A stretch of DNA of 64,000 nt. It comes from Deferribacterales bacterium (GTDB lineage: Bacteria; Chrysiogenota; Deferribacteres; Deferribacterales; Geovibrionaceae). The position numbers and the translations under genes are program-made. The notes below the pieces were generated by a model. That model saw nothing but the letters and a program-made list of their open reading frames with translations, did no database searches and was not told where the DNA came from. The stretch covers positions 224,001 to 288,000 of the forward strand of contig JBFWLW010000001.1 in assembly GCA_050251945.1 (NCBI GenBank), given 5' to 3'. Below, in pieces: positions 28,784 through 37,648 of the stretch; positions within the stretch are counted from its first letter, which is position 1, and each line of letters begins with the position of its first letter.

Positions 28784-29352
28784 TGAAACTGGATATACTC
28801 ATGGTAGGTGTGGGCGGACAGGGTACCGTCCTTTCCAGCAACATCGTGTGTGATGTTGCCTTGGCAGCGGGATACGACGTTAAAAAGAGCGAGATTCACG
28901 GTATGGCGCAAAGGGGCGGCAGTGTCGTTACCCACATACGCATAGGCGAAACGGTTGATTCGCCGACCATCCCACTCAAAAGTGCAGATATTGTAGTTTC
29001 GTTTGAAAGAATGGAATTTTTAAGATATTCTGAATATATTTCGGATAACACTACGCTTATTCTTAATACGCAGATGATACTTCCACCCTCTGTGGCGGAT
29101 GGTGCGGCGGAATATCCGCAGAACAAAGTTGATTCTGTTAAGTCAAAATTCAGCAAAGTGTACGAAATTGACGCCATATCCAAGGCGATAGAGCTTGGCA
29201 ATCAGAAGATTGCCGGCATGGTGGTTCTGGGTATTCTCGCGAAATCGGTTCCTTTCGCAAAAAAGGTATGGGAACAGGCAGTTAAAGACCGCGTCCCCCC
29301 GAAGACCATTGAACTGAATCTTAAAGCATTCGATACCGGATATAACTATTAA
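28780..29352 (+). CDS. iorB: Indolepyruvate:ferredoxin oxidoreductase beta subunit
   Basis: GVGGQG, SEIHGMAQRGGSV. Confidence 0.94.
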   Translation: MMKLDILMVGVGGQGTVLSSNIVCDVALAAGYDVKKSEIHGMAQRGGSVVTHIRIGETVDSPTIPLKSADIVVSFERMEFLRYSEYISDNTTLILNTQMILPPSVADGAAEYPQNKVDSVKSKFSKVYEIDAISKAIELGNQKIAGMVVLGILAKSVPFAKKVWEQAVKDRVPPKTIELNLKAFDTGYNY

Positions 29353-29374
29353 TAACTACTGACGGAGGTGTGGT

Positions 29375-30280
29375 TTGGAATATTCTGTGGGCAGTTTCGA
29401 TCTGCATATACATTCCTGCCACAGCTCCGATGGTGTTCTTACTCCCGCGCAGATACTGACTGTTGTCCGCACAAGGGGTATCGGCACCTTTTCCATAACC
29501 GACCACAACACCCTGACAGCCTGTAACGAGATGAAATGGAACAAGGGGCGCTACGGTTCCGAGACCATGTTCATTAACGGAGTGGAGCTTTCAACGTACC
29601 ATGGGGACAGAGAAATACACGTTTGCGCATACGGCTTTAACGAAGGCTGTCATGCACTTCTCGGGATTCTTGAGATATTTAAGCAGAACCGCGACCTGCA
29701 GACCCAGATGCGTGTGGAAAGGCTTCAGGATATGGGTTTCAATATCGACTATGCGGAGCTTATGAAAGCGGCGGGTGGAAAGACCCCCTCTGGTGTGACG
29801 TTCCTTACAGTGCTTTCAAAACATCCCGAAAACAGGGAAGCGCTTAAAGATTATCTTGAAGGCGAAAAGTCCATATCACCGTTCACCAATTTCTATTTCG
29901 ACTATTTCTTTAAAGGCGGAAAGGCTTGGGTGGACATCCGTATGCTGGATTATTACGACACCATCGAAAAGCTGAAGGATAAGGCTGTTCTCTGTATAGC
30001 TCACCCCGGACTTTATAAGGACAGGGATATCGAAGAACTTGTCACTGACGGTATATCGTGTATTGAGGCATACAGCACATATCACAGTCCTGAACAGGTG
30101 CAAAAGTATCTGGATGCGGCGAAAAAACACAACCTGCTTGTAACAGCCGGAAGCGATTTTCATGGCGAACGCATAAAACCCGGTATCCACATCGGCGGGC
30201 ACGGATGCACAGACCCGACGCTCGTGGACGGATTCATCGAAAGAGTGGTTGACCTTAAATACGGCTTCTATTTTATCTGA
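29375..30280 (+). CDS. PHP-domain protein (TrpH/YciV-like)
   Basis: DLHIHS.SDG, ITDHN, GVELS, AHPG, GSDFHG. Confidence 0.88.
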   Translation: MEYSVGSFDLHIHSCHSSDGVLTPAQILTVVRTRGIGTFSITDHNTLTACNEMKWNKGRYGSETMFINGVELSTYHGDREIHVCAYGFNEGCHALLGILEIFKQNRDLQTQMRVERLQDMGFNIDYAELMKAAGGKTPSGVTFLTVLSKHPENREALKDYLEGEKSISPFTNFYFDYFFKGGKAWVDIRMLDYYDTIEKLKDKAVLCIAHPGLYKDRDIEELVTDGISCIEAYSTYHSPEQVQKYLDAAKKHNLLVTAGSDFHGERIKPGIHIGGHGCTDPTLVDGFIERVVDLKYGFYFI

Positions 30281-30314
30281 AACCGCTTAAAGCGGGCATT
30301 TTGAAATAAAGTGC

Positions 30315-30343
30315 TTGCTATTTAACCAGTCGTGTGCTAGAAA
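30315..30343 (+). promoter_or_regulatory. Promoter of the rimP-nusA-infB operon
   Basis: TTGCTA-17 nt-TAGAAA with extended -10 TG. Confidence 0.5.
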
Positions 30344-30351
30344 CATCCTCA

Positions 30352-30377
30352 GGTGGGCATAGCCCGCCAATTTTTTT
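30352..30377 (+). promoter_or_regulatory. rimP leader hairpin with U-tract (attenuator-like)
   Basis: GGTGGGC-ATA-GCCCGCC followed by AATTTTTTT in the rimP 5' UTR. Confidence 0.7.
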
Positions 30378-30418
30378 GTAAGGTATCGTACAGGTTATAT
30401 ACCATTATCCGGAGACAG

Positions 30419-30904
30419 ATGAAGAACGCTGTTAGCAAAATAATTCTTGATAAGATAAGACCACAGGTCAAATCTATCGTCCAAAACAAAAGCTGCGAGC
30501 TTTTTGATATGACACTCAAAAGCGAACCGGGCGGCAAAATACTGAGAATCACCATCGACAATGACAAGGGGACAGGTATTGAAGACTGTTCCGAGATCAG
30601 CAAGCTTATCTCTGCATATCTGGATGCTGACGAAACTCTCATCCCGTATGAAAGCTATATGCTTGAGGTTTCCACACCCGGACTTCTGCGTCCTCTGCGT
30701 ACAGAGACCGAGTTTAAAAGGTTTTACGGACGCAAATGCAAGATAGTTACAAAAAACAAGGATGAATCAGGCAGATCCAACTATACAGGCGTTATCAGCG
30801 CAGCTGAGAACGGTGTTGTCGATCTGTTCGTTGAAAAAGAAAACAAGACATTTAAACTTAATATAGAAAATATTTCCAAGGCCAATCTGGAGATTGAGTT
30901 TTAG
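30419..30904 (+). CDS. rimP: Ribosome maturation factor RimP
   Basis: IEDCSEISK, YMLEVSTPG..RPL; ATG chosen after GGAG. Confidence 0.93.
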   Translation: MKNAVSKIILDKIRPQVKSIVQNKSCELFDMTLKSEPGGKILRITIDNDKGTGIEDCSEISKLISAYLDADETLIPYESYMLEVSTPGLLRPLRTETEFKRFYGRKCKIVTKNKDESGRSNYTGVISAAENGVVDLFVEKENKTFKLNIENISKANLEIEF

Positions 30905-30912
30905 GAGGACTA

Positions 30913-32226
30913 ATGAGCAAGGAACTGACGAAAGTTGTCGATGAACTGGGCAGAGAGAAAGGCATATCCAGAGATATTCTCTGTGATGCTCTCAGAGAAG
31001 CCATTCTGGCTGCCGTTGCAAGAAAAATCGGCAAACTTCTTGAACCCGACGTGGATGTTGACATAGATAAAGGCATTATAGATATCCTTCTGCCCAAAGA
31101 GGTTTGCGAAGGTGTGGACGATAAATGGACTGAGATTTACATCGACGATGCCCAGCAGTATAAAGAGAACGCGCAGCTCGGCGACGTTATCATGGTTCCC
31201 ACAACCCTTGAGGAACTTGGTCGTCAGGCAGCCCTTGTTGCTAAACAGAAACTTTTTGAAAAAATACGCGAAGCCGAAAAACAGGTTGTCCTTGACCAGT
31301 TTCAGGACAGGGTCGGCGACGTTGTTAACGGTGTCGTTCTTAAGACAGACAGAGATAACCTTATAATAAACATTGGAAAAACAGAAGCAATTCTCCCCAA
31401 AAGAGAGATGATCGGCGGCGATTTCTATAACCGCGGCGATTATGTACGCGCACTGCTTCTGGATATAAAAATAGTGAAAGGCTGGCCTCAGCTTATCCTT
31501 TCCAGAACACATCCCCAGTTCCTTAAAAAACTGTTTGAGGTTGAGATTCCCGAAGTTTACGAAGGTATCATCGACGTTAAGGCTGTGTCCAGAGAACCCG
31601 GCGACAGGGCGAAAGTGGCTGTTTACACAATGAACAGCAGCATCGACCCCGTTGGTGCCTGTATCGGTCTTAAAGGTGTGCGTATCAACGCCATCAGCAA
31701 CGAGCTGAGAGGCGAAAAAATAGATGTTATCGAATGGTCTCCGGATCCCATCAAATTCGTTTGCAACGCTATTTCCCCCGCGGAAGTCGTGCTTACCAAC
31801 GTTTTTGAAGACGAGGATACTATCGAGATAGTGGTTCCCGACGATCAGCTTTCACTCGCCATCGGTAAAAAAGGTCAGAACGTAAGACTGGCGGCTAAGC
31901 TTACCGAATGGAGACTTGATGTTCTGAAAGAATCCGAATATGCGGAGATCAGAAAAGAGCGTATGCAGGATCAGGAACAGGAACTTAAAGAATTCTATGA
32001 GATTTATAACCTTGAGAACCTTTCCGTTCTCTCTGCCGAAGAAGTATCAAAGCTCATCGAATCAGGGCTTGACGATATAGAAAAACTGTCAAACGCCAGC
32101 CCCCACGAGGTTGCGTACGCAGTAAGCAAAGGCGAGGACGAAGCGGTGAATATCATCAATGCCGCAATTGACTTCCTTGCAAGTAAATTTGAAGATATGG
32201 ATTCTGAGGAGCAAGAAGAAAATTAG
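30913..32226 (+). CDS. nusA: Transcription factor NusA
   Basis: REPGDRAKVAV, GEKIDVI, LSLAIGKKGQNVRLA. Confidence 0.97.
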   Translation: MSKELTKVVDELGREKGISRDILCDALREAILAAVARKIGKLLEPDVDVDIDKGIIDILLPKEVCEGVDDKWTEIYIDDAQQYKENAQLGDVIMVPTTLEELGRQAALVAKQKLFEKIREAEKQVVLDQFQDRVGDVVNGVVLKTDRDNLIINIGKTEAILPKREMIGGDFYNRGDYVRALLLDIKIVKGWPQLILSRTHPQFLKKLFEVEIPEVYEGIIDVKAVSREPGDRAKVAVYTMNSSIDPVGACIGLKGVRINAISNELRGEKIDVIEWSPDPIKFVCNAISPAEVVLTNVFEDEDTIEIVVPDDQLSLAIGKKGQNVRLAAKLTEWRLDVLKESEYAEIRKERMQDQEQELKEFYEIYNLENLSVLSAEEVSKLIESGLDDIEKLSNASPHEVAYAVSKGEDEAVNIINAAIDFLASKFEDMDSEEQEEN

Positions 32227-32232
32227 AAGATC

Positions 32233-32454
32233 ATGAAAAGGGTCATTAGAACCTGCGTGTCCTGTGGTATTAAAAAGGAAAAAACAGAGCTTGTTCGCTT
32301 CGTCTATTCCGATAAACCCGAAGAGGATGCAAATGGGAGCAGGCACGGGCGCGGAGCCTATGTCTGCGATAACGAAAAGTGCAGAGATATCGGGCTGAAA
32401 AAAATGAAGCTGACAAGATCTCTGCTTTGCAACCAATTTAGACGAACCCGCTGA
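32233..32454 (+). CDS. ylxR: YlxR/DUF448 RNA-binding protein
   Basis: RTCVSC..K.K.ELVRFV, GRGAYVC; lies between nusA and infB. Confidence 0.88.
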   Translation: MKRVIRTCVSCGIKKEKTELVRFVYSDKPEEDANGSRHGRGAYVCDNEKCRDIGLKKMKLTRSLLCNQFRRTR

Positions 32455-32468
32455 ACAGGTGAAATTAT

Positions 32469-35400
32469 ATGTCTGGAATCAAACTGACTGATGTAGCGAA
32501 AAAACTTGGAAAAAACGAAGACGAGATTCTGAATAACGTACAAGGAGCAGGACACAATATGGCTGACGACGGCACCATTTCCGATGACGCCGTTAAGTCG
32601 CTCGGGCTTGACCCGAAACACCTGCATCTTGACCGCAGACAGGAGATGCTTAAAAAAGCTATGGAACGCCATAAAAAATATCCGAAATCCAGAGAAGTTA
32701 AAATGGGTTCTGGAGATAATGAAGCAGTCAGAAAGATTTCCAAACAAGAGCTTATCGATAGAAAGAAGAAACTTGAGAATACAATTCGTAATGTTGACGA
32801 AATAAGAGAAACTACACGCGATGATGCTGCACAGGCTCCTGTTGAAGAGAGAGCTGCTGCAAATTCTTCACCCGCTGCGGAAGAGGTTAAAACCGTGAAA
32901 CCGGAAGTTCAGGAAACTGCCAAACCTGCTGCTCAGTCTGAATCCGCTGAACCTGTTAAACAGGCGCAGCCCCAGCAGAATACACAGGCTCCACGTCCCC
33001 AAAGAGAGGATCGTCCCCAATATACCCGCGATGACAACCGCCAACAGGGCGACAGACCGTCTTATCAGGGAGACCGCCCGCAATATAACCGCGAAGGTGG
33101 AGACAGACCTCAGTATAACAGAGACAACCGCCCCCAAGGCGACAGACCGCCTTATCAGGGTGACCGCCCGCAGTACAACCGCGAAGGCGGAGACAGACCC
33201 CAATACAACAGAGACAACCGCCCCCAAGGCGACAGACCGCCTTATCAGGGAGACCGTCCTCAATATAACAGGGATAACCGCCCCCAAGGCGACAGACCTC
33301 CCTATCAGGGCGACCGTCCTCAATACAACAGAGACAACCGTCCCCAAGGCGACAGACCTCCCTATCAGGGAGACCGTCCTCAATATAACAGGGATAACCG
33401 CCCCCAAGGCGACAGACCTCCCTATCAGGGTGATCGTCCTCAATATAACAGGGATAACCGCCCCCAAGGCGACAGACCTCCTTATCAGGGAGACCGTCCG
33501 CAATATAACAGGGATAACCGTCCCCAAGGTGACAGACCTCCTTATCAAGGTGATCGTCCCTATAACAGAGACAACCGCCCCCAAGGCGACAGACCTCCTT
33601 ATCAGGGCGACCGTCCCTATAACAGAGACAACCGTCCCCAAGGTGACAGACCTCCCTATCAGGGCGACCGTCCCTATAACAGAGACAATCGTCCTCAGGG
33701 TGACAGACCGCCTTATCAGGGCGACCGTCCCTATAACAGAGACAACCGTCCCCAAGGTGACAGACCTCCTTACCGTCCGCAGGGCGGCGGCGCAGGCAGA
33801 CCTCAGATGGAGGAAAAATCCATAGCTGAGCTTGCTGAAAAGAAAAAAGTAATGCGCGAGAAACCCAAAACGGAGACTGTCGAAACCAAAAAGGTAAAGG
33901 CTAAGGCTGCCGTTGCTAAAAAAGAGAAAAACATCCATAAGGGTGTTGATGAAGGCATCGAGCTTTTTGAACTTGAAAAGCAGATACTGTCTTCAGATGG
34001 TGCTCCCGTTGTTGAAGCTGGAAAAGAAGTTGTTGAAGAAGCACCAAGAGAAAAAAGAACTGACAACAGAAATAACCGTAGACCTTTCAAAAAACAGAAG
34101 GGCAGAAGAGAGGAAAAACAAGAGCCTGTTATTGTGCGCCCGTCAAGCGTTCAGATAGGCGAGAATGTTGTTGTTTCCGAATTTGCCAAGCTTATCGGAG
34201 TTAAAGCGACTGAAGTTATCAAAAAACTTATCGGTCTCGGCGTTATGGCGAGCGTTAATCAGGCGATTGACGGCGACACGGCGACTCTGCTTGCTTCTGA
34301 ATACGGTATAGACGTTAAAGTGAAATTCCTTACGGAAGACGACCTTATCCCCAAACACGAGGACAAGGACGAAGACCTTGTTTCCAGACCGCCTATCGTT
34401 ACCGTCATGGGTCACGTTGACCACGGTAAAACATCACTGCTCGACAGAATCCGTCTTACGGCTGTTGCAGAGGGCGAAGCAGGCGGTATCACACAGCACA
34501 TCGGTGCGTATGAGGTCAAGCTTGAACACGGAACTATAACTTTCCTTGATACACCCGGTCACGAGGCGTTCACAACCCTTCGTGCAAGAGGTGCCAGCGT
34601 TACGGATATAGTTATACTTGTTGTTGCGGCAGACGACGGCGTTATGCCCCAGACAAAAGAAGCTATTGACCACGCGAAAGCGGCAGGCGTTAAAATTATT
34701 GTTGCCATCAACAAAATAGATAAAGAAAATGCCAACCCTGATATGGTTCGTAACCAGCTTTCCGAATACGGACTTATTTCGGAAGACTGGGGAGGCGATA
34801 CACAGTTTCAGGAGATTTCGGCAAAACAGAACATCAAAGTTGATGCACTGCTTGAAAGAGTGCTTCTTGAAGCTGAACTGCTTGAACTTAAAGGCAATCC
34901 CAACGCTCCGGCAGAGGGTATCGTTATCGAATCAAAACTGGACAAACAGAAAGGTCCGGTTGCGACAGTGCTTATCAACAGAGGTACACTCACCAGAGGC
35001 GATAACTTTGTTGTCGGTACCGAATCAGGCAAAGTAAGGGCGATGTTCAACTATAAAGGCGTTGCCATTAAGGAAGCCGGACTTTCAGTTCCCGTTGAGA
35101 TAATGGGATTTTCCGGCGTTCCCGAATCAGGCGACAGATTCATCGTTACAGCTGATGAAAAAACAGCAAGAGCAATCGCAGAACTGCGTACTGAAGAGAA
35201 ACGCAAACACACGCTGGCGGAAAAAACCTCTGTCAGTCTTGCGGATATCTTCAACAGAATAAAAGAGGGCAAGCTGAAAGAACTGAATATCGTGCTGAAA
35301 GCCGACGTTCAGGGTTCACTGGAAGCTCTGAAATCCTCTCTGATAAAACTTTCCAACCCCGAAGTGAAGATAAATATCATTTCAAGCGGTGTGGGCGGTA

Positions 35401-35936
35401 TTTCGGAGAACGATATCATCCTCGCAACTGCATCCAGCGCTATTATCATCGGTTTCAACGTCCGTCCCGGACAGCAGGCGAAAGCCAAAGCAGAGCAGGA
35501 GGGCGTTGAGCTTAACCTTTACTCTGTAATCTATCAGGCGATAGACGATGTTAAACAGGCGATGGAAGGTATGCTTGACCCGTCGCGCAAAGAGGAAGTT
35601 CTCGGTCGTGCGGAAGTTCGTCAGGTGTTCTCTGTGCCGAAAATCGGCAAGATCGCAGGTTCATACGTTACCGAGGGCAAGGTTGCCAGAAATGCCAGCG
35701 TCAGGGTCATCAGAGACTCTATCGTTATCTATGACGGCAAACTCCACTCTCTTAAACGTTTCAAAGACGATGCGAAAGAGGTTGCACAGGGTTACGAGTG
35801 CGGTATCGGAGTTGAAAAATACAACGATATCAAAGAAGGAGACGTTTTCGAGTTCTATATCATGGTTGAAGAAAAAAGAACTCTTGAAGATGTCCGCAGA
35901 GATTCAGAAGCAAAAGAAAAGGAAGAGAGCAAATAA
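32469..35936 (+). CDS. infB: Translation initiation factor IF-2 with long repetitive N-terminal region
   Basis: [37 protein letters not shown]. Confidence 0.98.
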   Translation: MSGIKLTDVAKKLGKNEDEILNNVQGAGHNMADDGTISDDAVKSLGLDPKHLHLDRRQEMLKKAMERHKKYPKSREVKMGSGDNEAVRKISKQELIDRKKKLENTIRNVDEIRETTRDDAAQAPVEERAAANSSPAAEEVKTVKPEVQETAKPAAQSESAEPVKQAQPQQNTQAPRPQREDRPQYTRDDNRQQGDRPSYQGDRPQYNREGGDRPQYNRDNRPQGDRPPYQGDRPQYNREGGDRPQYNRDNRPQGDRPPYQGDRPQYNRDNRPQGDRPPYQGDRPQYNRDNRPQGDRPPYQGDRPQYNRDNRPQGDRPPYQGDRPQYNRDNRPQGDRPPYQGDRPQYNRDNRPQGDRPPYQGDRPYNRDNRPQGDRPPYQGDRPYNRDNRPQGDRPPYQGDRPYNRDNRPQGDRPPYQGDRPYNRDNRPQGDRPPYRPQGGGAGRPQMEEKSIAELAEKKKVMREKPKTETVETKKVKAKAAVAKKEKNIHKGVDEGIELFELEKQILSSDGAPVVEAGKEVVEEAPREKRTDNRNNRRPFKKQKGRREEKQEPVIVRPSSVQIGENVVVSEFAKLIGVKATEVIKKLIGLGVMASVNQAIDGDTATLLASEYGIDVKVKFLTEDDLIPKHEDKDEDLVSRPPIVTVMGHVDHGKTSLLDRIRLTAVAEGEAGGITQHIGAYEVKLEHGTITFLDTPGHEAFTTLRARGASVTDIVILVVAADDGVMPQTKEAIDHAKAAGVKIIVAINKIDKENANPDMVRNQLSEYGLISEDWGGDTQFQEISAKQNIKVDALLERVLLEAELLELKGNPNAPAEGIVIESKLDKQKGPVATVLINRGTLTRGDNFVVGTESGKVRAMFNYKGVAIKEAGLSVPVEIMGFSGVPESGDRFIVTADEKTARAIAELRTEEKRKHTLAEKTSVSLADIFNRIKEGKLKELNIVLKADVQGSLEALKSSLIKLSNPEVKINIISSGVGGISENDIILATASSAIIIGFNVRPGQQAKAKAEQEGVELNLYSVIYQAIDDVKQAMEGMLDPSRKEEVLGRAEVRQVFSVPKIGKIAGSYVTEGKVARNASVRVIRDSIVIYDGKLHSLKRFKDDAKEVAQGYECGIGVEKYNDIKEGDVFEFYIMVEEKRTLEDVRRDSEAKEKEESK
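33033..33773 (+). repeat. Tandem coding repeat in infB, 12 units of [16 protein letters not shown] sequence
   Basis: Unit starts at 33033, 33123, 33213, 33273, 33333, 33393, 33453, 33513, 33570, 33627, 33684, 33741 (periods 90, 60, 57 nt). Confidence 0.95.
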
Positions 35937-35973
35937 GTTCTTGACGTTTTCTGAAATATATATGATAGTTGCT

Positions 35974-36065
35974 GTTCCGCATCCCTTTGGGTGCGGAACG
36001 CATTTTGCCGGCCGTTGATACGGTTTCCGCTCATGATGGGGCGGTTGCTGTGCAATCGGAGAATG
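35974..36065 (+). other. Multi-hairpin structured intergenic segment between infB and rbfA
   Basis: 11-bp hairpin 35974-35999, hairpins 36010-36025 and 36027-36044, and a possible closing helix CATTTT/AGAATG. Confidence 0.5.
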
Positions 36066-36078
36066 AGCAGGAGATATT

Positions 36079-36417
36079 TTGGTGAGAGACAGAAAAGTTG
36101 CGGAGCTTTTACGTTCCGAGATCGCTAACGTGATCATTATGGGGGTCAAAGACCCGAAAGTTAAAGATGTTGTTATCACGGGCGTTGAGATATCCAAAGA
36201 CCTGTCCAGTGCCAAAATATTTTTCAGCACTTATAATAAAAGTGCAAAAGAAGGGATTGAAAAAGGGCTTAACCGTTCTGCAGGCTATATCAGGCACTGC
36301 ATTATAAAAGGCCTTACCATCAAAAAAGTTCCCGAACTCCGCTTCATTTATGACGATTCATCCGATTACGGCCAGAAAATTGACGAAGTTTTAAAAACCA
36401 TCAGTCATGAGCAGTAA
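36079..36417 (+). CDS. rbfA: Ribosome-binding factor A
   Basis: KDPKV, SKDLSSAKIF, VPELRFIYD. Confidence 0.94.
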   Translation: MVRDRKVAELLRSEIANVIIMGVKDPKVKDVVITGVEISKDLSSAKIFFSTYNKSAKEGIEKGLNRSAGYIRHCIIKGLTIKKVPELRFIYDDSSDYGQKIDEVLKTISHEQ

Positions 36418-37310
36418 TGGATGGCGTTGTAAATATCTACAAAGAAAAAGGTATTTCATCATTTTCAGTTGTCAGGTCGGTCCGCAGAATTTTTAATACA
36501 AAAAAATGCGGTCATACCGGCACTCTCGACCCGCTGGCGGAAGGCGTTCTTCCCGTCTGTCTGGGTTATGCCACCAAACTTGCAGATTACATGATGGCTC
36601 TTGATAAAGAGTATGTTGCTCAGTTCCGCCTTGGCGAAGCCAGAGACAGCTATGACACGGACGGCGTGATAACTGCCGAAAACCGTGATATCAGACCTTC
36701 AAAAGATGAGGTCGAGGCTGTTCTTCACACTTTCATAGGCGATGTGGAGCTTACTGTTCCCGCGTATTCAGCCGTTAAAATAAACGGTGTGCGGGCTTAC
36801 GATCTTGCCAGAAAAGGCGAGATTGAGGATGCCGGAAGCCGCGTGATGTCAATCACAGATATTGAGCTGATGGATTACAGCTATCCCGACGGGCTTTTTC
36901 GCATGAAATGCAGAAAAGGTACTTATGTAAGGAGCGTTATCCACGAGGCAGGGCTTAAGCTGGGCTGTTACGGTGTCATGAGCGGACTTATCCGCACGGT
37001 GAACGGAAAGTTCACGCAGGCGGCGGCTTATAAGCTGGGCGACCTTGACCGGATGAAAGAGGAGGGCAGACTTGACGAGGCTGTCATTCCTGTGGACAAG
37101 GCTCTCGGATGGGCAAAGGCGATCGTTCGCGACGAAGCTGTGAAGCTTGTGAAAAACGGCGTCTCCGTGAAAAGACATAACTACCTGACCGTACCGGACA
37201 ATGACGGCGGTCATGTTTTTCTGACGGACAGAAACGGCGAACTGCTGGCTTTTGCGGAACAAAGCGGACTTGCCGACCAACCTTTCATAATTGTGAAATT
37301 ACTGGTCTGA
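36417..37310 (+). CDS. truB: tRNA pseudouridine-55 synthase
   Basis: GHTGTLDPLAEGVL, YSAVKING, KGTYVRS. Confidence 0.96.
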   Translation: MDGVVNIYKEKGISSFSVVRSVRRIFNTKKCGHTGTLDPLAEGVLPVCLGYATKLADYMMALDKEYVAQFRLGEARDSYDTDGVITAENRDIRPSKDEVEAVLHTFIGDVELTVPAYSAVKINGVRAYDLARKGEIEDAGSRVMSITDIELMDYSYPDGLFRMKCRKGTYVRSVIHEAGLKLGCYGVMSGLIRTVNGKFTQAAAYKLGDLDRMKEEGRLDEAVIPVDKALGWAKAIVRDEAVKLVKNGVSVKRHNYLTVPDNDGGHVFLTDRNGELLAFAEQSGLADQPFIIVKLLV

Positions 37311-37315
37311 CAGAC

Positions 37316-37344
37316 TGGATTTAATAAGATAAATTTGCTATAAT
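37316..37344 (+). promoter_or_regulatory. rpsO promoter
   Basis: TGGATT-17 nt-TATAAT with extended -10 TG. Confidence 0.6.
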
Positions 37345-37372
37345 ACTAGCTTATCATGGAGGTAATTTTAAA

Positions 37373-37642
37373 ATGGTAATGACCAAAGAACGCAAGGAAG
37401 AGATTATCGCAGGAAACAAAACCCATAATGCTGATACAGGCTCTCCTGAAGTGCAGATAGCGCTTCTGACAGAAAGAATCACTTATCTGACAGAACACTT
37501 CAAAACTAACCCCAAAGACCACCACTCAAGAAGAGGTCTTCTTCTTCTCGTTGGTCGCCGTAGAAAGCTTCTCGACTATGTGAAGAAGAAAGATTATATG
37601 AGATACCGCAAAATCATCGAAGCTCTCGGAATCAGGAAGTAA
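37373..37642 (+). CDS. rpsO: 30S ribosomal protein S15
   Basis: [22 protein letters not shown]. Confidence 0.98.
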   Translation: MVMTKERKEEIIAGNKTHNADTGSPEVQIALLTERITYLTEHFKTNPKDHHSRRGLLLLVGRRRKLLDYVKKKDYMRYRKIIEALGIRK

Positions 37643-37648
37643 TACTAG

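Noticed and set aside
33033..33773. CRISPR-like periodicity
   Set aside because: No unique spacers; the repeats are in-frame coding units within infB, and no cas genes are present.
32868..33938. Long alternative ORFs (356 aa minus, 264 aa plus) over the infB repeat
   Set aside because: They stay open only because the repeat unit lacks stops in those frames; variation between units is synonymous in the IF2 frame.
35974..36065. Possible tRNA or SRP RNA
   Set aside because: No T-loop GTTC in a cloverleaf context, no CCA end and no SRP domain IV motif. Kept only as an unassigned structured RNA candidate.
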